A DNA stretch of 63,989 nucleotides, the filler included, from Cercozoa sp. M6MM (Eukaryota; Protista; Endomyxa: Ascetosporea): the NCBI GenBank assembly GCA_040357565.1. It is 8 parts of 8 records of this genome, joined end to end, with 100 filler letters (N's around TTAATTAATTAA, not from the genome) between each part and the next. Parts side by side here need not be neighbours in the genome. Positions count along the whole stretch, not along the records: positions 30,228 to 50,165 come from JBDODJ010000201.1; positions 50,266 to 56,193 come from JBDODJ010000826.1; 6 more parts are not named here. One strand, written 5' to 3'. Of this stretch, positions 39,062 to 54,208 are shown in pieces. Within the stretch, counting starts at the first letter, position 1. Each line of letters starts with the position of its first letter. The notes under the pieces are model-generated. The model saw only the letters and a program-made list of their open reading frames with translations, did not search any database and was not told the origin of the DNA. The translations under genes were made by a program, and so were the position numbers.

Positions 39062-39115
39062 AGAATAGATAGCTAGTTCTGTCTACTTAGAAGCCGACGA
39101 TGTAGTTCCCCTGTA
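39062..39115 (-). mobile_element. diverged LINE 3'-end copy
   Basis: Reverse complement CAGGGGAACTACATCGTCGGCTTCTAAGTAGACAGAACTAGCTATCTA aligns without gaps to the 19735 and 46550 termini. Confidence 0.65.
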
Positions 39116-39181
39116 TGCGATGACGCCAGACTCGCCCCCGCCCCCCCTCCGACTAGCGTCAGACTGTAGATTGTCGTGTGT

Positions 39182-41578
39182 TCACCATGCGCATGCGAGT
39201 GATGCGATGCGCTTTCCGTTTGAGTCACCCTGCCTGGACTGGCGTGGTGCAGGGAAAACTGACGTGCACTGTACAAGAAAATAAACCGAACGCAAGCGAA
39301 CTAGCCTAGTTATGCGGTCCTTTCTAGGCTTCGTCTGCAGGGCGGTCTCCGTTTCGTCCATCACTTCGACTCGACTACGACTGGAGCCACTTCTTTCGGA
39401 AGGCATTGCTTCCTTTAGACACCTGGCAGATATCGATATAATCTCCGATACATCTTGTCCACACATTCAAAGCTGTAACGTACTATGTAGAAGACAGGCA
39501 CGCGGTCGTGCACATGCAAGTCTTGCATGCAAAGAATCTTTTTCAACCGAAGTTTGGGATTCACTCGAATGTACTGCATGGCAGGACATAAGACAAAAAA
39601 ATTCACGCCAAATTACAAGCACACCTTGCCACGTCTCTCGTCACGGAAATACACCTCGATTTTTGGGAGGGTGTATGCATTCTTCGTGTCCTTCGAGTGT
39701 TCAATCACCGTTATAACCACTTACATCAAGACAAAAGCAGACAAACCCAGGGAGCGAGCGCACCGTGCGGTGGAAACATTTGACTTAGATGATCCACCTA
39801 CATATCCGAAGTTAGTACAACACCATATGTTCGATAAATCAGAGTTGCACCAGTCGATGTTGTTCAGAACACGCAGCAATGAAGTCAGTTTGTTCGTACT
39901 CATCGTAGACTAGCAACACTGGCCACTACCCAAAGAATGATAATTGCACTATGCAGGTGAAAACGCATGAAGCGCACGTGCAAAGTATCAGCATCTGCGT
40001 CGTATTGAACAGTCGGCTGGTAATGTGACAGGTCAAACAGAGTGCCTATAAACAAAGTGCCTATATGTACGCATCACTACAGCTTAAGCCCCATATAGCT
40101 CACAGAGTGATTGAGAGGTACCTTCTGCTTCTTTCACACCGTGCTCGCGAATAACCTGTACTCTCAACACAAGAGGGGGTTACCAATAACGTGTCTCTCA
40201 CCACAAGCGAACATACTCGATCCAATGTAGCCTTGCGTTCGGCATCAGCCTGCTTATCGACTTCTTGTCGCACCTTCCGTCTCTCATCCTTCTCAACTAC
40301 ACAGCTAGCAAGTTGGAAAGTGCGCCTGCACACAAAATGTGTTACCCGCAGCTTGTGCCGAATCTCGCAACGCAACAACCTCGCGTTTATCAGGGAAAAG
40401 AGCGCAAGCGCGATGCAAAAACACAAGGGCCTCTTGAGGTTTAGTCAGCGCCATGCATGCCTAACACAAAAAATCTCACACCAACACGTAGACCAAAGCA
40501 CCAAGCACCTTTGCAGCGAAGTACATGGCCTTGATGTTATCCGCGTTTAGTTTCAATGCATTCTATTCGTTAAATAAGCTCTCGGTCCACAAGCACGCGC
40601 ATAGACGCGTTGCACACACACCAAAGTGACAGAAATTACAACGCAGTCGTTAAAACAACGGCCATAATTCTGCACAGACAAAAATTGTAGCTAATAAACT
40701 ATAGCTCATAAACTATAGAAACACGAAAGACCCACCTGCATGCGCAAATGTACAAGAGCACGGTTCGAGTACACTGTCGAGACCTGCACAGCAGTAACAG
40801 AACATCGATATGGAGAATTATGTAAGAGCGCAATTGTGAAGTGATACCAACTGTGGCGCGGGTGTTTGATCGATGTCCTAGATTAAACCGGTCGGACAAG
40901 TTTAGAAGGAAACAACAATGTTACAATGTCCTCATCTTCATCGTCGCTGTTCTGCGCGAGTTTCTCCTCGCGTTCACGCACTCGCTCCATCGCCTATCAT
41001 GCCAATCCATATTGTCATACCGTATTCTAATTGCAGGAAATACCTCAGCATGTAAAGGGTGATCGGGGTCCTCCTCAGCCAACAAGTTCTCGGCGTGTTG
41101 AAGGGCCTACGCGACTCGCCTTGAAACCATTTGCATGGATTTAAAACTAGTACCAAGCTGTAGTATTCAATGGCGTCAAGATAACGATGTTGGCCGATCT
41201 TGTAAGCGTCATTGCCACCTGAATCGGCACAAATGCACAAAATTATGGGCAAGTAGAAAACAGTAAAAAAGTAGCACTTTCTTTATAAGTAGCAAGCATT
41301 TCTCTTGGCGTACACTCGTCTCGGATGGCCTGTGTAATGCATATTTACACTCATCCCCATTAATACAGATGCGTTGACACGCACACATACACACAAGCAC
41401 ACAAGACGAACACAGACATACAACACAAACACACAACACAAGTACAACACAAACACACAAACACACAACACAAACACACACAGCACACAGCACGCAAACA
41501 CGACACTGGCACGGACACATTTACCTGGATAGCGGCGTAAGCGTCGTTGCCCACTGACTGTTCTTTCTCGTTGTCCAT
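39182..41578 (-). CDS. multi-exon hypothetical protein with TPR-like N-terminus
   Basis: EKEQSVGNDAYAA and GGNDAYKIGQHRYLDAIEYYSLVLVLNP resemble TPR helices. Minus-strand introns present. Confidence 0.4.
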
Positions 41579-41926
41579 GAACAATGGCAGTCTCTCCTGT
41601 CAAACCAGCAAGATGGGCATTTTATTTTAGATGCAAAAAAAAAACCGTATCTCATACCATGTGCGCGGTGAAGTCATCCTGCGACACAAATTCACCGCCA
41701 ATACTCCATTGCGCCTCTGCGCTGTCACTGCTCATACTGGCGCTACCCTGATAGACGCACAGTACTGTACGCGATTGGGCCGAAATAACTGTGGGCTCAG
41801 CTGTCAGCGAGCCTAATTTTTTCGGCTCCAGCGCAGCAAAACCGAATTGACCTCGCGCGCTTCTACGGTGCTGTAGATTGTGTGCACTGGTGGCGGCCAG
41901 CGTAACGCGAGTGATTGACATCTGCA

Positions 41927-44900
41927 ATGGGTCGCGGCAAGCAGCGGGGTACACTCTGGGCGGGCACGACAAAAATTGTGTGATGGTGTGTTATTTTTCC
42001 GCAGGCTCTGCGGCAGCGGCGCGCAAGAAGAGCGGCACACGAATGGGCGCGAAAATGGCTACGAACCCATTTTCGCGGTACACGCAGAAACAGAAGAATC
42101 CTGTTCTTGGCCGAAGGGTTCGTGGTGCTGAGAAGGCGACCGGCAGGGTACGTGCGTTCCTAGTTGTTTGTGCAAATAGAATCGGAATGTGTGTCCTTTT
42201 TAGGCCCGCGCAAAGCAAAACGCACAGCGTAAGTCTACACTCCTGGACGAACTGCAGCGGGCGCAGCAGAATACGACCACCAAGTTTGTTGACACGCGAA
42301 TTGGTGCTAAGTTGGTAACTACTCATGTCGACTCGCTGCTGGCTCGCTGCTGGGGCAGGTTGTGTCTATGTGTTCAGGAATCCTTGGAATCGCAAAACGT
42401 TGCCTTGAAACGCTTTCAACGCGAGCGAGCACGCCAAATTGGTACTTAGTTTTAAATGTCCTGCCACAACAAAGCACCTGCGTGTTTTGTGCGATTATGG
42501 TTTGTGCTTTGTGCTTTGTGCTTTGTGTACGTTTGCGTACCCGTAGGTTCGAAGCGCAACTTTTCCCTTGAGGACGATGATGGTTCCTCGACTCTTCTCA
42601 CACATGGAGGTCGTGCTCTCGGCGAAGGTATAACATCTGACCTGTGAAGCTGGGCAGCCGGGAATCCGTGTGCTCCCGTTGTGCAGTCTTGGCAGAACGA
42701 GTCAAACAAAAGGAGGAGATACAATACGGGTCCGACATTGAGGATGATGATAGCGCATCCGGACTGTTTACCGAACAAAATTTCGGCGGTGGTTCACGTG
42801 ATGGCACGAAGACTCAGAGGTGCGCTTCAGTCAACCATGTTTTCTTCGCCTGGCAGTATTTTTATGTAGAGAGATCATGCACGAAGTCATTCAGAAAAGC
42901 AAAGCATTCAAGGCAGAACAGCAGCTGAAGAAAGAAGCGCTTCTGGCCTCGTTCCGCCGATTGGATGAGGAATACGACGAGTTAAAGGTAGCTGCAAACC
43001 AAAATGTCTCTCGTGAGACTTTATTCTCGTCTCTGATTGTCGTAGGAGTTGCTCGAATTTCGCCCTAAGGAGCGACCAAAGAAGCCATTTGAGCGAGGTA
43101 TTTGATAGATCCCATTTTCACAAAAACTCGGAAATGTTTGCACCTTGACAGAACACGCGAAAATGGTAGATGACAGCGACGTGGAAAAACAGGACGAGTA
43201 CGAGAAAATGGTGGTAACTACGGGATTGCACTTTGTGCCTCGTAGCGAACTGTTGGTTTTTTGTTGTAGGCGCAGCTCGCAGATGACGTGCGTGTGGCTG
43301 CCATGCGCCGTGCTCGCTCCCCGCAGGTATCATTGTGCGTGCGTGTGTGTGTGTGAGGGTGTGCGATTGTGAGCTTCTGAGCTTGAGCTTTGTGGCAGGA
43401 ACAAGAAAAGCAGGAATTTTTGCGGTTGCAAGAACTCGAGCGGCTGCGGCAGCAACGTGCGGTATTGGCACTTCGACTGCTTTACAGTCCTATGACAATC
43501 AGTATCTTTGAGCTTGTATACAGGCAGGTGATGCTGCTGCACTGGCTTCTGCAGATGCCATGCTGCAGGTATTATTTGATTCATGTGTGTTTGCTTGTGC
43601 GCCTGTGCCTAAATTATGTATGTGTGCGTGTAGGTCCACATGGACAAACCAAACAAGCAAAGCAGGGATGCGCTTTTGATCCAGGCAGCGATGCAGGACG
43701 CAAGCAACAAATTTTATTTCGACAAAAATGGTACCGTAACCGGAAGACGTTTTTTTTTTTACTGGTTTAAATGATCTTCTGTGTCCAGGCAACAAGCGCC
43801 TTCGGTCACGTGCCCTGCGTCGACTGCGGTATTTCCTCATCGTTGTGAACTTTTGAAGCGGGTTGATGCTTGTGCAGCAAATTGGAGAAGCAGCGCAAGA
43901 TTCTGGCCGAGCAGCAGAAGAAAGAGGATGAATTTGCTGATGTTATCGGTTTCTACCAAGACCCCAGTACACTGCCACATCCAGTTAATATGATATTTAC
44001 GCATTATATTGCACTTGATTAGATGAAATGGTGGAAGAGACCATTGATGGCAGTGAAGATGATGACAGCGAAGACGTTGAAGACGCCCAGGATCCAGACG
44101 AAGTATTAAGCCTGAAGGCGGCCGTGCGACAGGAGCAGCATTTAGATATCGAGGAAGATGCGCTCCAGCGTCTACCATACGTCATCTGTGCTCCCCAAAC
44201 CGCTGCCGGCCTTGTTTCTTTGGTATCATCGCGTGTTGCAGGTTAGGCGTGAACGCAGTGTGTGTGTATGTGTGTGTGTGTGTGTGGGTGTGTCGCAGTT
44301 TGAAAATTACACGGATCTGGCGCATGTCGCTGAAATATGTCGGCGTATCCGTTTGTCCAACGCAGTGCATTTGCATGAAGACAACGCTGCGATTGTGGTA
44401 TTTCTAGATTATGTATGCACGCAGTTAACTTTACTGCGCAGTTTTTGTGACTTGTATTACTGACAGGCAAAGTACGTGGAGCTCGTCTTTGGCATGGGAA
44501 TGTGGTCGGTCTGGCACACGAGACGACAGCGGCGCGCTTGGCAGCTAGTCCAGCTGTTGACAGCGCGTGCGTGGTATATTTCTGTTGATTTGCGCATGGA
44601 AATTGATTCGAAGTTTTGTACAGGCCAACGGTCGCAGCTCAGGTCTGCATTCGTACGCTGCGGCAACTGCAAAAAGGCGTGCAAAAACAGTCTCGCGCCA
44701 AATCCGGTATATTCGCTTCGATTCACCATTCAAGTGTGAGAGTGTATTGTATGTATTTGTGTTAGGTGCCGCCGCTTTATCGCAGCGTGCGTGCTTGTGG
44801 TTACTTACACTGACGCAAGTGTGGCCTTGCTCGGATCTTCGGCACAGCGTTTCGACACCGCTTATTCTTGTCATCGCGCAGGCTATAACGCAGGTATTTT

Positions 44901-46542
44901 GCTGGATGTATAACGTTTTTTATGTTTCGTACGACACTCTGATTGTAGGGAGCACTGGAGACAGTGTCACAAGCGACAACCACGTTGTTCCTGTGCAGCG
45001 TGTTACTGCATTATGTCCGCGAATCTCATCGTCTCGTACCTGAGGTGTGACGTGTTTATGCTTGTGCTACCGACCACCACTGTCTATTTGTGCAGGTCTT
45101 GACGGCTTTGCGTAAGATTGTGTTGGCGCTCGTCTCGCTTCAGTCAAACCACGGTCGGAACGAGACTCAAAGAGAGCAAGAACGAATGACGACCGTGTTG
45201 TTACAGCACCAACAGCGCAGGCGTGAGCTTCAAGCGCGCGCACTGACCACGCTACTGAAGCAAAGCGAAGATGCTGCGAAGGTAACTAAGTCTCATATCT
45301 TTCATATGGGCTGCGGCTGATATGAGCGAAATTTTGTTCTTAAACCCCGTGTAGGAAGCAGCTCGAGCGAGATTTTTGGCACGAAGTGCCGGCACAGAAG
45401 AGCACCATTTTCAACGGCGTCTCGGTACACAGATATAGTTTTCTATTTTGCTGATTGATTTATGTGGTATGTTGAACACCGCAGGCATTGAAACCGAAAG
45501 GTTGGGTGGAAACTCTGGAAACTCTCCGCTCTTTGGTGTGCCTCTTTCGTGGCTCCGACACAACGATGTTTCAGAGGTCGAGGTATTTTGCAGCGGCATT
45601 TTATTGGCATGTTCAGTTCAGCACACATCGGTTTCATTCGTAGCAAAACGTGAGAATAGAGGCATTGTTGTCCACCGCAGCTTCGCTGTGTGTTGATGCA
45701 GTACGTTACTTTACACGTGTGTGTATATGTATGTGGCTTGTGGTTTGATTTTCGGGTGTTTCTGTAGGTGAATTTGTGGCATGACACCGTTGCGTTCGCG
45801 GAATTGTTCGCTTCTGTTTTTGCTGCTCTCACATCTGTGGTAGGTTCTTAAGGATTCATTGTACTCAGTGTATGGACCGTCTGTACGTTGCAGCAAACTG
45901 AGGATCCCGTGCTGAATTTGGCACGCCGCGTTTTGCGCTCTTTCACACATTCGTGTCTTCAACGCCGCAATCCGGTACAAGTTGATACATCCTCACGCAC
46001 GCGTTTATCTACTTAAGTGCAGCTTTCTCGGAGAGAGCATCGCTTGTCGCTGCTGCGCTTCGAACCGGCCATCGAGGAGCACTTTAACCCGGAGGCACCC
46101 ATTGGTGTAAAGGACGAAAACGCTCAGGTACTGTTTGCTGTTTTTACCTAGTACAGCACTGTTTTTATGCTCTTTGCTGTAGAGAGAAGAGCTTAAGAGA
46201 TTGCGTCGTGAGCTGAAACAAGAGAAGAAGGCAGCTCGACGCGAGCTGAAGAAAGACAACCTCTTTTTGGCACGCGCACGACTCGAAAAACAGCGAGAGA
46301 TGCACGAAGCGCGCATGGTGCATTATGTTGTTGTTGTTGTTGTTGTTGTTGTTGTGTGTGTGTAAGTGTGTAAGTGTGTAAGTGTGTAAGTGTGTGTGTG
46401 TGTGTGTGTGGTGTGTGGTGTGTGTGTGTGTGTGTCATTCTTGCAAATGGTTTGACAGGAGCAACGAAAGAAGAACCTCGCGTTCCAGGAGCAGTTGGCA
46501 TCGGACACCAATGTGTTCCGCTATTCTAAAAACAAAAAGTGA
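41927..46542 (+). CDS. NOP14: nucleolar protein 14
   Basis: NPFS...VLGR, KFVDTRIG, LKRFQRER, FSLEDDD...LTHGGRAL, NFGGG, EIMHEVIQKSK, LPYVI, WPCSDLRHSVSTP, RELKQEKKAARRELKKDNLFL. Confidence 0.92.
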
Positions 46543-46549
46543 ATGACTT

Positions 46550-48660
46550 TAGTTAGTTAGTTAGTTGAGTCTTCTAGGAAACCAGCTATGTAGTTCCCCT
46601 GCAGTCTGGGGTGAGTCACAAGAGCATGGCCGTGTCTACCTACCGCCCGCATAGGGTAAGACCATACAACTCCCCTTTTGACGTTCCCCAAGACACCGAA
46701 ATCGACTTCATGGTTGGTGCAGGTAGCGGGCTACAAGTAGAGAGGTGTCGCAGGCGGCGTCGGGTCGTGCTGTCGTCGTCCTCCCGTCTCTCCACTCGAT
46801 AACTAAACAAAACAGACAATCAGACATAGACTTAGGGCCACCACTGCTATGAGTGGTGGTCTAGTCTATGTCGGGGACCTCTCGGTCCAGTGCCTGCTGG
46901 GAGGCTAGTTGTCCTTCGACAGTTGCTTCCTCGTCCCAGGAGATCTTGGTGCCTTGGTGCATTCTGTTGAGTGTTGCTAGGTTCTCAGGGTTGGCCAGTG
47001 CGTCTTCAATTGTGTGCCATTGAGCCACATTGCTGTCGTTTCTGATAGCTTCCGTTTACCTTGCATTCCAGCAATCGGTGGTACGTGTAGAGTGTCTTCT
47101 GCATTTTCCCAGGTACCCGCGCAGTCGGGGCACTCACTTTCTTCGCGTTTTTGTAGTCGTTGTTTGCATCCGTTGCAGTTGGGAGTCCTGAGTCTGCCTG
47201 CCTCTGGCACTGCATTCGTCGCACTTTCGCGGTAATTGGGCATAGTTGTAGTACTTGAGGCTTCCAAGTCTGATGCAGGGGAATCTTGAAAGTGTGCGGA
47301 TGTCTGCGATGCTGAGTTTGCGCTCTTTGGCTATTCTGAGCAGTTTGATTGAGTTCCTGATATGTTTCCAAGGGTTTCTGATGTATGTCTTTGTAGAGCT
47401 CTGACTCTGGCCCTTCTGAGAGGGGTGGTGGTTTTTTGATTTGATCCAGTTTCTCCTGTTGCGGTTGTTCCTTCCTTTCTTTGCTAGTTCGTTGAGGTGT
47501 GTGAGACCGTGATGTGTTAGATGAACTCGAAGAAACGTCGTCAAGCACGATCTTCGAAATCCGTCACGGCGCCCGGAGCGCCGGGACAAAATGAAACGCC
47601 CTTATTCAACAAAGTTACTTAGTGGTTGTTTTTTTGTGTGAAGTTTTCACTTTTGTGATTACTAATCGGGCCGTGTGATAAACACCTGAAGGATACTTCG
47701 TCGATCAAGACTTCACCCTCCGTGACATCTGCCATGACATTGACACTGACAGATGGGCAACCACTCGACGATGCACGTGACACCTCGTCCCACGGGAAGC
47801 CGCATCGTCTACGCGGTGACCTGGCTATTGCTTCTGACCTGACCTTCTTTGTGTGGGGGAGCTGGAAATGTTGGTCTCACTTGCGAGACCAACACTCCCT
47901 CAACATTGAAGCCTGCGAGGCCAAGCTCGAGCAAGTTCAAGAGAATGGCCAACTCAGTCGAGAACTGGGCATCGACGCCGAAGACATGGCCATCCCCAAC
48001 TGCCAGGAAATCTGGGTGTTGTCAGGTGCAGAATTACTCCTTTGTTGTCAATCAGGACTGCGATGCGAGTTTCGCCTTTTTCTTGAGCGTGTTTGATGCA
48101 TTGCATTATGGCAACCCTTTCTGCATCATAGATAGTCGCGTTGGTGATTTTGCCATTGCCAGCATTTGTCTTCCATTGTCTCGTATTCTCTGGGTCTGTT
48201 TGCTGTCTTGATGATCCTGCCGAGGATCTTTCTTCTTCTTTGTGGTATTTCCTCAATTCAGCGTCGGTGATCTTGCGGTTTGTGGCTGCTCTTCTCCAAG
48301 CTGAGATGGTGTGGTGTCCGTTTCTAGACATAGTGTGCTCTCTTTAGCGTAGTGGTTGTTTAGTTCTGTCGCCTCTGCTCGTTCTGCCATCTCTCCGTCT
48401 GTCCCTGTGTCGGTGATAGTGTGCACTGCCTCGTTAGGAGAGCTCGTGGGTAGTCTCATGCGTATCTTCAGGGCGGTGCGTTGTGTTATTTCGAGTTTTC
48501 TCCTCCATTTTGTGCTGCCAATTTTGTGTCACCAGAGTGCGATGCCGTATCGACCGCTAGGTGTTGTGTGAGTTTAGACCTTGTGTATATCAGTCTTTTC
48601 AGTGTGTTGATTCTGCCTGCCTCGTCTGACAGGTTTCTGTCTATGAGGAGTACCCCAACA
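46550..48660 (-). mobile_element. degenerate RNase H-bearing LINE with (AACT)n tail, interrupted at ~47550-48020
   Basis: Minus strand: GVLLIDRNLS..RINTLKRL; LEITQRTALKIRMRLPTSSPNEAV; RNase H TIYDAERVAI...IAVLIDNKGV and HHGLTHLNELAKKG; Cys-rich CNGC..ECP. Tail (AGTT)n at 46550-46566. Confidence 0.78.
47550..48020 (+). mobile_element. insertion within the LINE RNase H, possibly a Tc1/mariner relic
   Basis: Splits the RNase H motifs. ASDLTFFVWGSWK weakly resembles SPDLxPxDFFxWGxLK. Confidence 0.3.
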
Positions 48661-48762
48661 ACGCCTGCGTCGGACAGTCCACTCGCAGAACGTTCCCGTA
48701 GTTGAGTGGAGGCGTTGGCGGAGTCCTTGCTAGTCTGAAAGGGCCCCACCACTGATCTCTTC

Positions 48763-49520
48763 GAGGCGGCGGGCCCAGATCGGGGTTGGTCGCCAGGCCT
48801 GGCTGTTCCCTTCCCTGGCGGCCACCCAGCGTGCCCGAGGCCTTGTGCCTGCCGTGGCGGTGATGGGCGCGATGCCGAGATACGTGTGCCAAGTGTTCTG
48901 TTGTTCCTTCCGTCGGTTCACTGTAATATTTGTGCCTCGTGTGGCCCTATGGCAGACTGGTTGGATGCTAGTAAGTGACTTATGCTCAGTAGTCGGAACT
49001 GAGAATCGCGTGTCTCGCACCTGCAATGTCAGCGTCTTCATCCAAGGAGCGCAGACAGGCCGTGGACCTCCAGCGGCCGAGCAGCATGATGTCGCTCACT
49101 CGCACACCCAAGGCGTGCAGGTGCGTGGCCTTGCCGCGACGGAACCCGTGCGTGCCAATGCGCCGCCCGTTCCGTGCCTTGATGCCGAGGTTCTTGCAGC
49201 GCTTCTTGAGCTCGCTCTGCATGTCGATGTACGACATCGAGACAATGGGCATGTCGTTGTGGAAGGTGCCGCCGGTCTTCTTGTGGATCGTGTACACCCG
49301 GTGAAGCAAGCTCGGCACGTCCAGCCAGACCAGACGGGTCTGAGCGACGCGATCGGATGTCCTCGCTTTGGGAGTGGGAATGTTCACCCGGTACTTGTCC
49401 ACACCGTGAGGCGTCAAGTCTTTGAACTGTCGCATTGTCCGCTAGTTGGGACGCTCGTCCTCGAGTGCGAAGCCGGGTAGTGCCGGTGAGGCGGCGGGCC
49501 CATATCGGGGTTGGTCGCCA
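48763..49520 (-). pseudogene. tyrosine recombinase relic (DIRS/Ngaro/Crypton type) between 33-bp direct repeats
   Basis: GRASQLA(frameshift)TMRQFKDL, PKART, IGTHGFRRGKAT, IMLLGRWRSTACLRS; the expected catalytic Tyr is Ser. Direct repeats at 48763-48795 and 49488-49520. Confidence 0.82.
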
Positions 49521-49794
49521 TGCTCTGGTTGACCAGGAGCTGGCTGGCGACCTGCGATAGGCTGCCAATGACAGACCTACCGGCTGAATTGGACCCGCAC
49601 GACCCCTGTGTCAGGTGGTGGTGCCCGAGGAACGACTATCCTATCCTGTTGGTAGTTGATACTGGTAGGAATGTGAGAATCAACATTCTGCGGTCGGACG
49701 AGCGAAACAGAGAGTGGGAGTACAGGAACAAAAGAACAAAACCAAAAATTACCAAAAATTAAACCCAAATGATCCTAAAGTGATTCTTGAAAAC

Positions 49795-50030
49795 GATCAA
49801 ACCGTCTCCAACCGTCTCTAACCGTAGATCGGTTTCAACAGACCGTCTCAAACCGTCATGGTCACTGATCGATCAAAGTGACCACCGCGATCAGGAACCA
49901 ATCAGTGATCGATCATAGCGATCACTGCAATCAGGAACCAATCAGTGATCAAGCAAAGCGATCACTGCGGCCAGGACGCGATCAGCGATCTCTGAGTCAA
50001 AACAGAAAGCTAGAACCGATCGATCAGACT
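49795..50030. repeat. AACCGTCTC repeats and 40-bp-period GATC-rich tandem repeats
   Basis: TCAGGAACCAATCAGTGATC at 49891 and 49931, with a degenerate third copy at 49971. Confidence 0.75.
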
Positions 50031-50265
50031 TGCAATTGCAATTTGCAAAAATGCGGAAGGAGCGCCGGAGTGACAAAACATACAACAAAAATCACACTTT
50101 ACTTTTCTTTGTGTTGAGAGACCTGTGAACACCGGAGGAATACTCACGAGATGCCACAGGTATGTNNNNNNNNNNNNNNNNNNNNNNNNNNNNNNNNNNN
50201 NNNNNNNNNTTAATTAATTAANNNNNNNNNNNNNNNNNNNNNNNNNNNNNNNNNNNNNNNNNNNN

Positions 50266-53976
<3,711 letters not shown>

Positions 53977-54087
53977 CGCTTTCGTTTTGTACGGCGCACC
54001 GGCTATTCTGTTCGGTCGGGTTTAGTTCGCATGCTTAAATGATTTATACACAAACTCTACTACGCTACACGACAAGAAGTTAGTCGT

Positions 54088-54184
54088 CAAGATGAGCCAG
54101 ATCGGCTCAAATTGATTGCAAGATGAGCCAGATCGGCTCAAATTGATTGCAAGATGAGCCAGATCGGCTCAAATTGATTGCAAG
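54088..54184. repeat. 31-bp perfect tandem repeat x3 with internal hairpin
   Basis: CAAGATGAGCCAGATCGGCTCAAATTGATTG x3 + CAAG. TGAGCC and GGCTCA are inverted. Confidence 0.95.
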
Positions 54185-54208
54185 TTCAGTGTCCAGTTCG
54201 AATTCCGT

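Noticed and set aside
46620-46740. Minus-strand DFGV(W)G-like words resembling a Tc1/mariner C-terminus
   Set aside because: It needs several frameshifts, and the similarity is too weak.
54088-54184. CRISPR-like palindromic ~30-bp repeats
   Set aside because: There are no spacers and no cas genes, and the context is eukaryotic.
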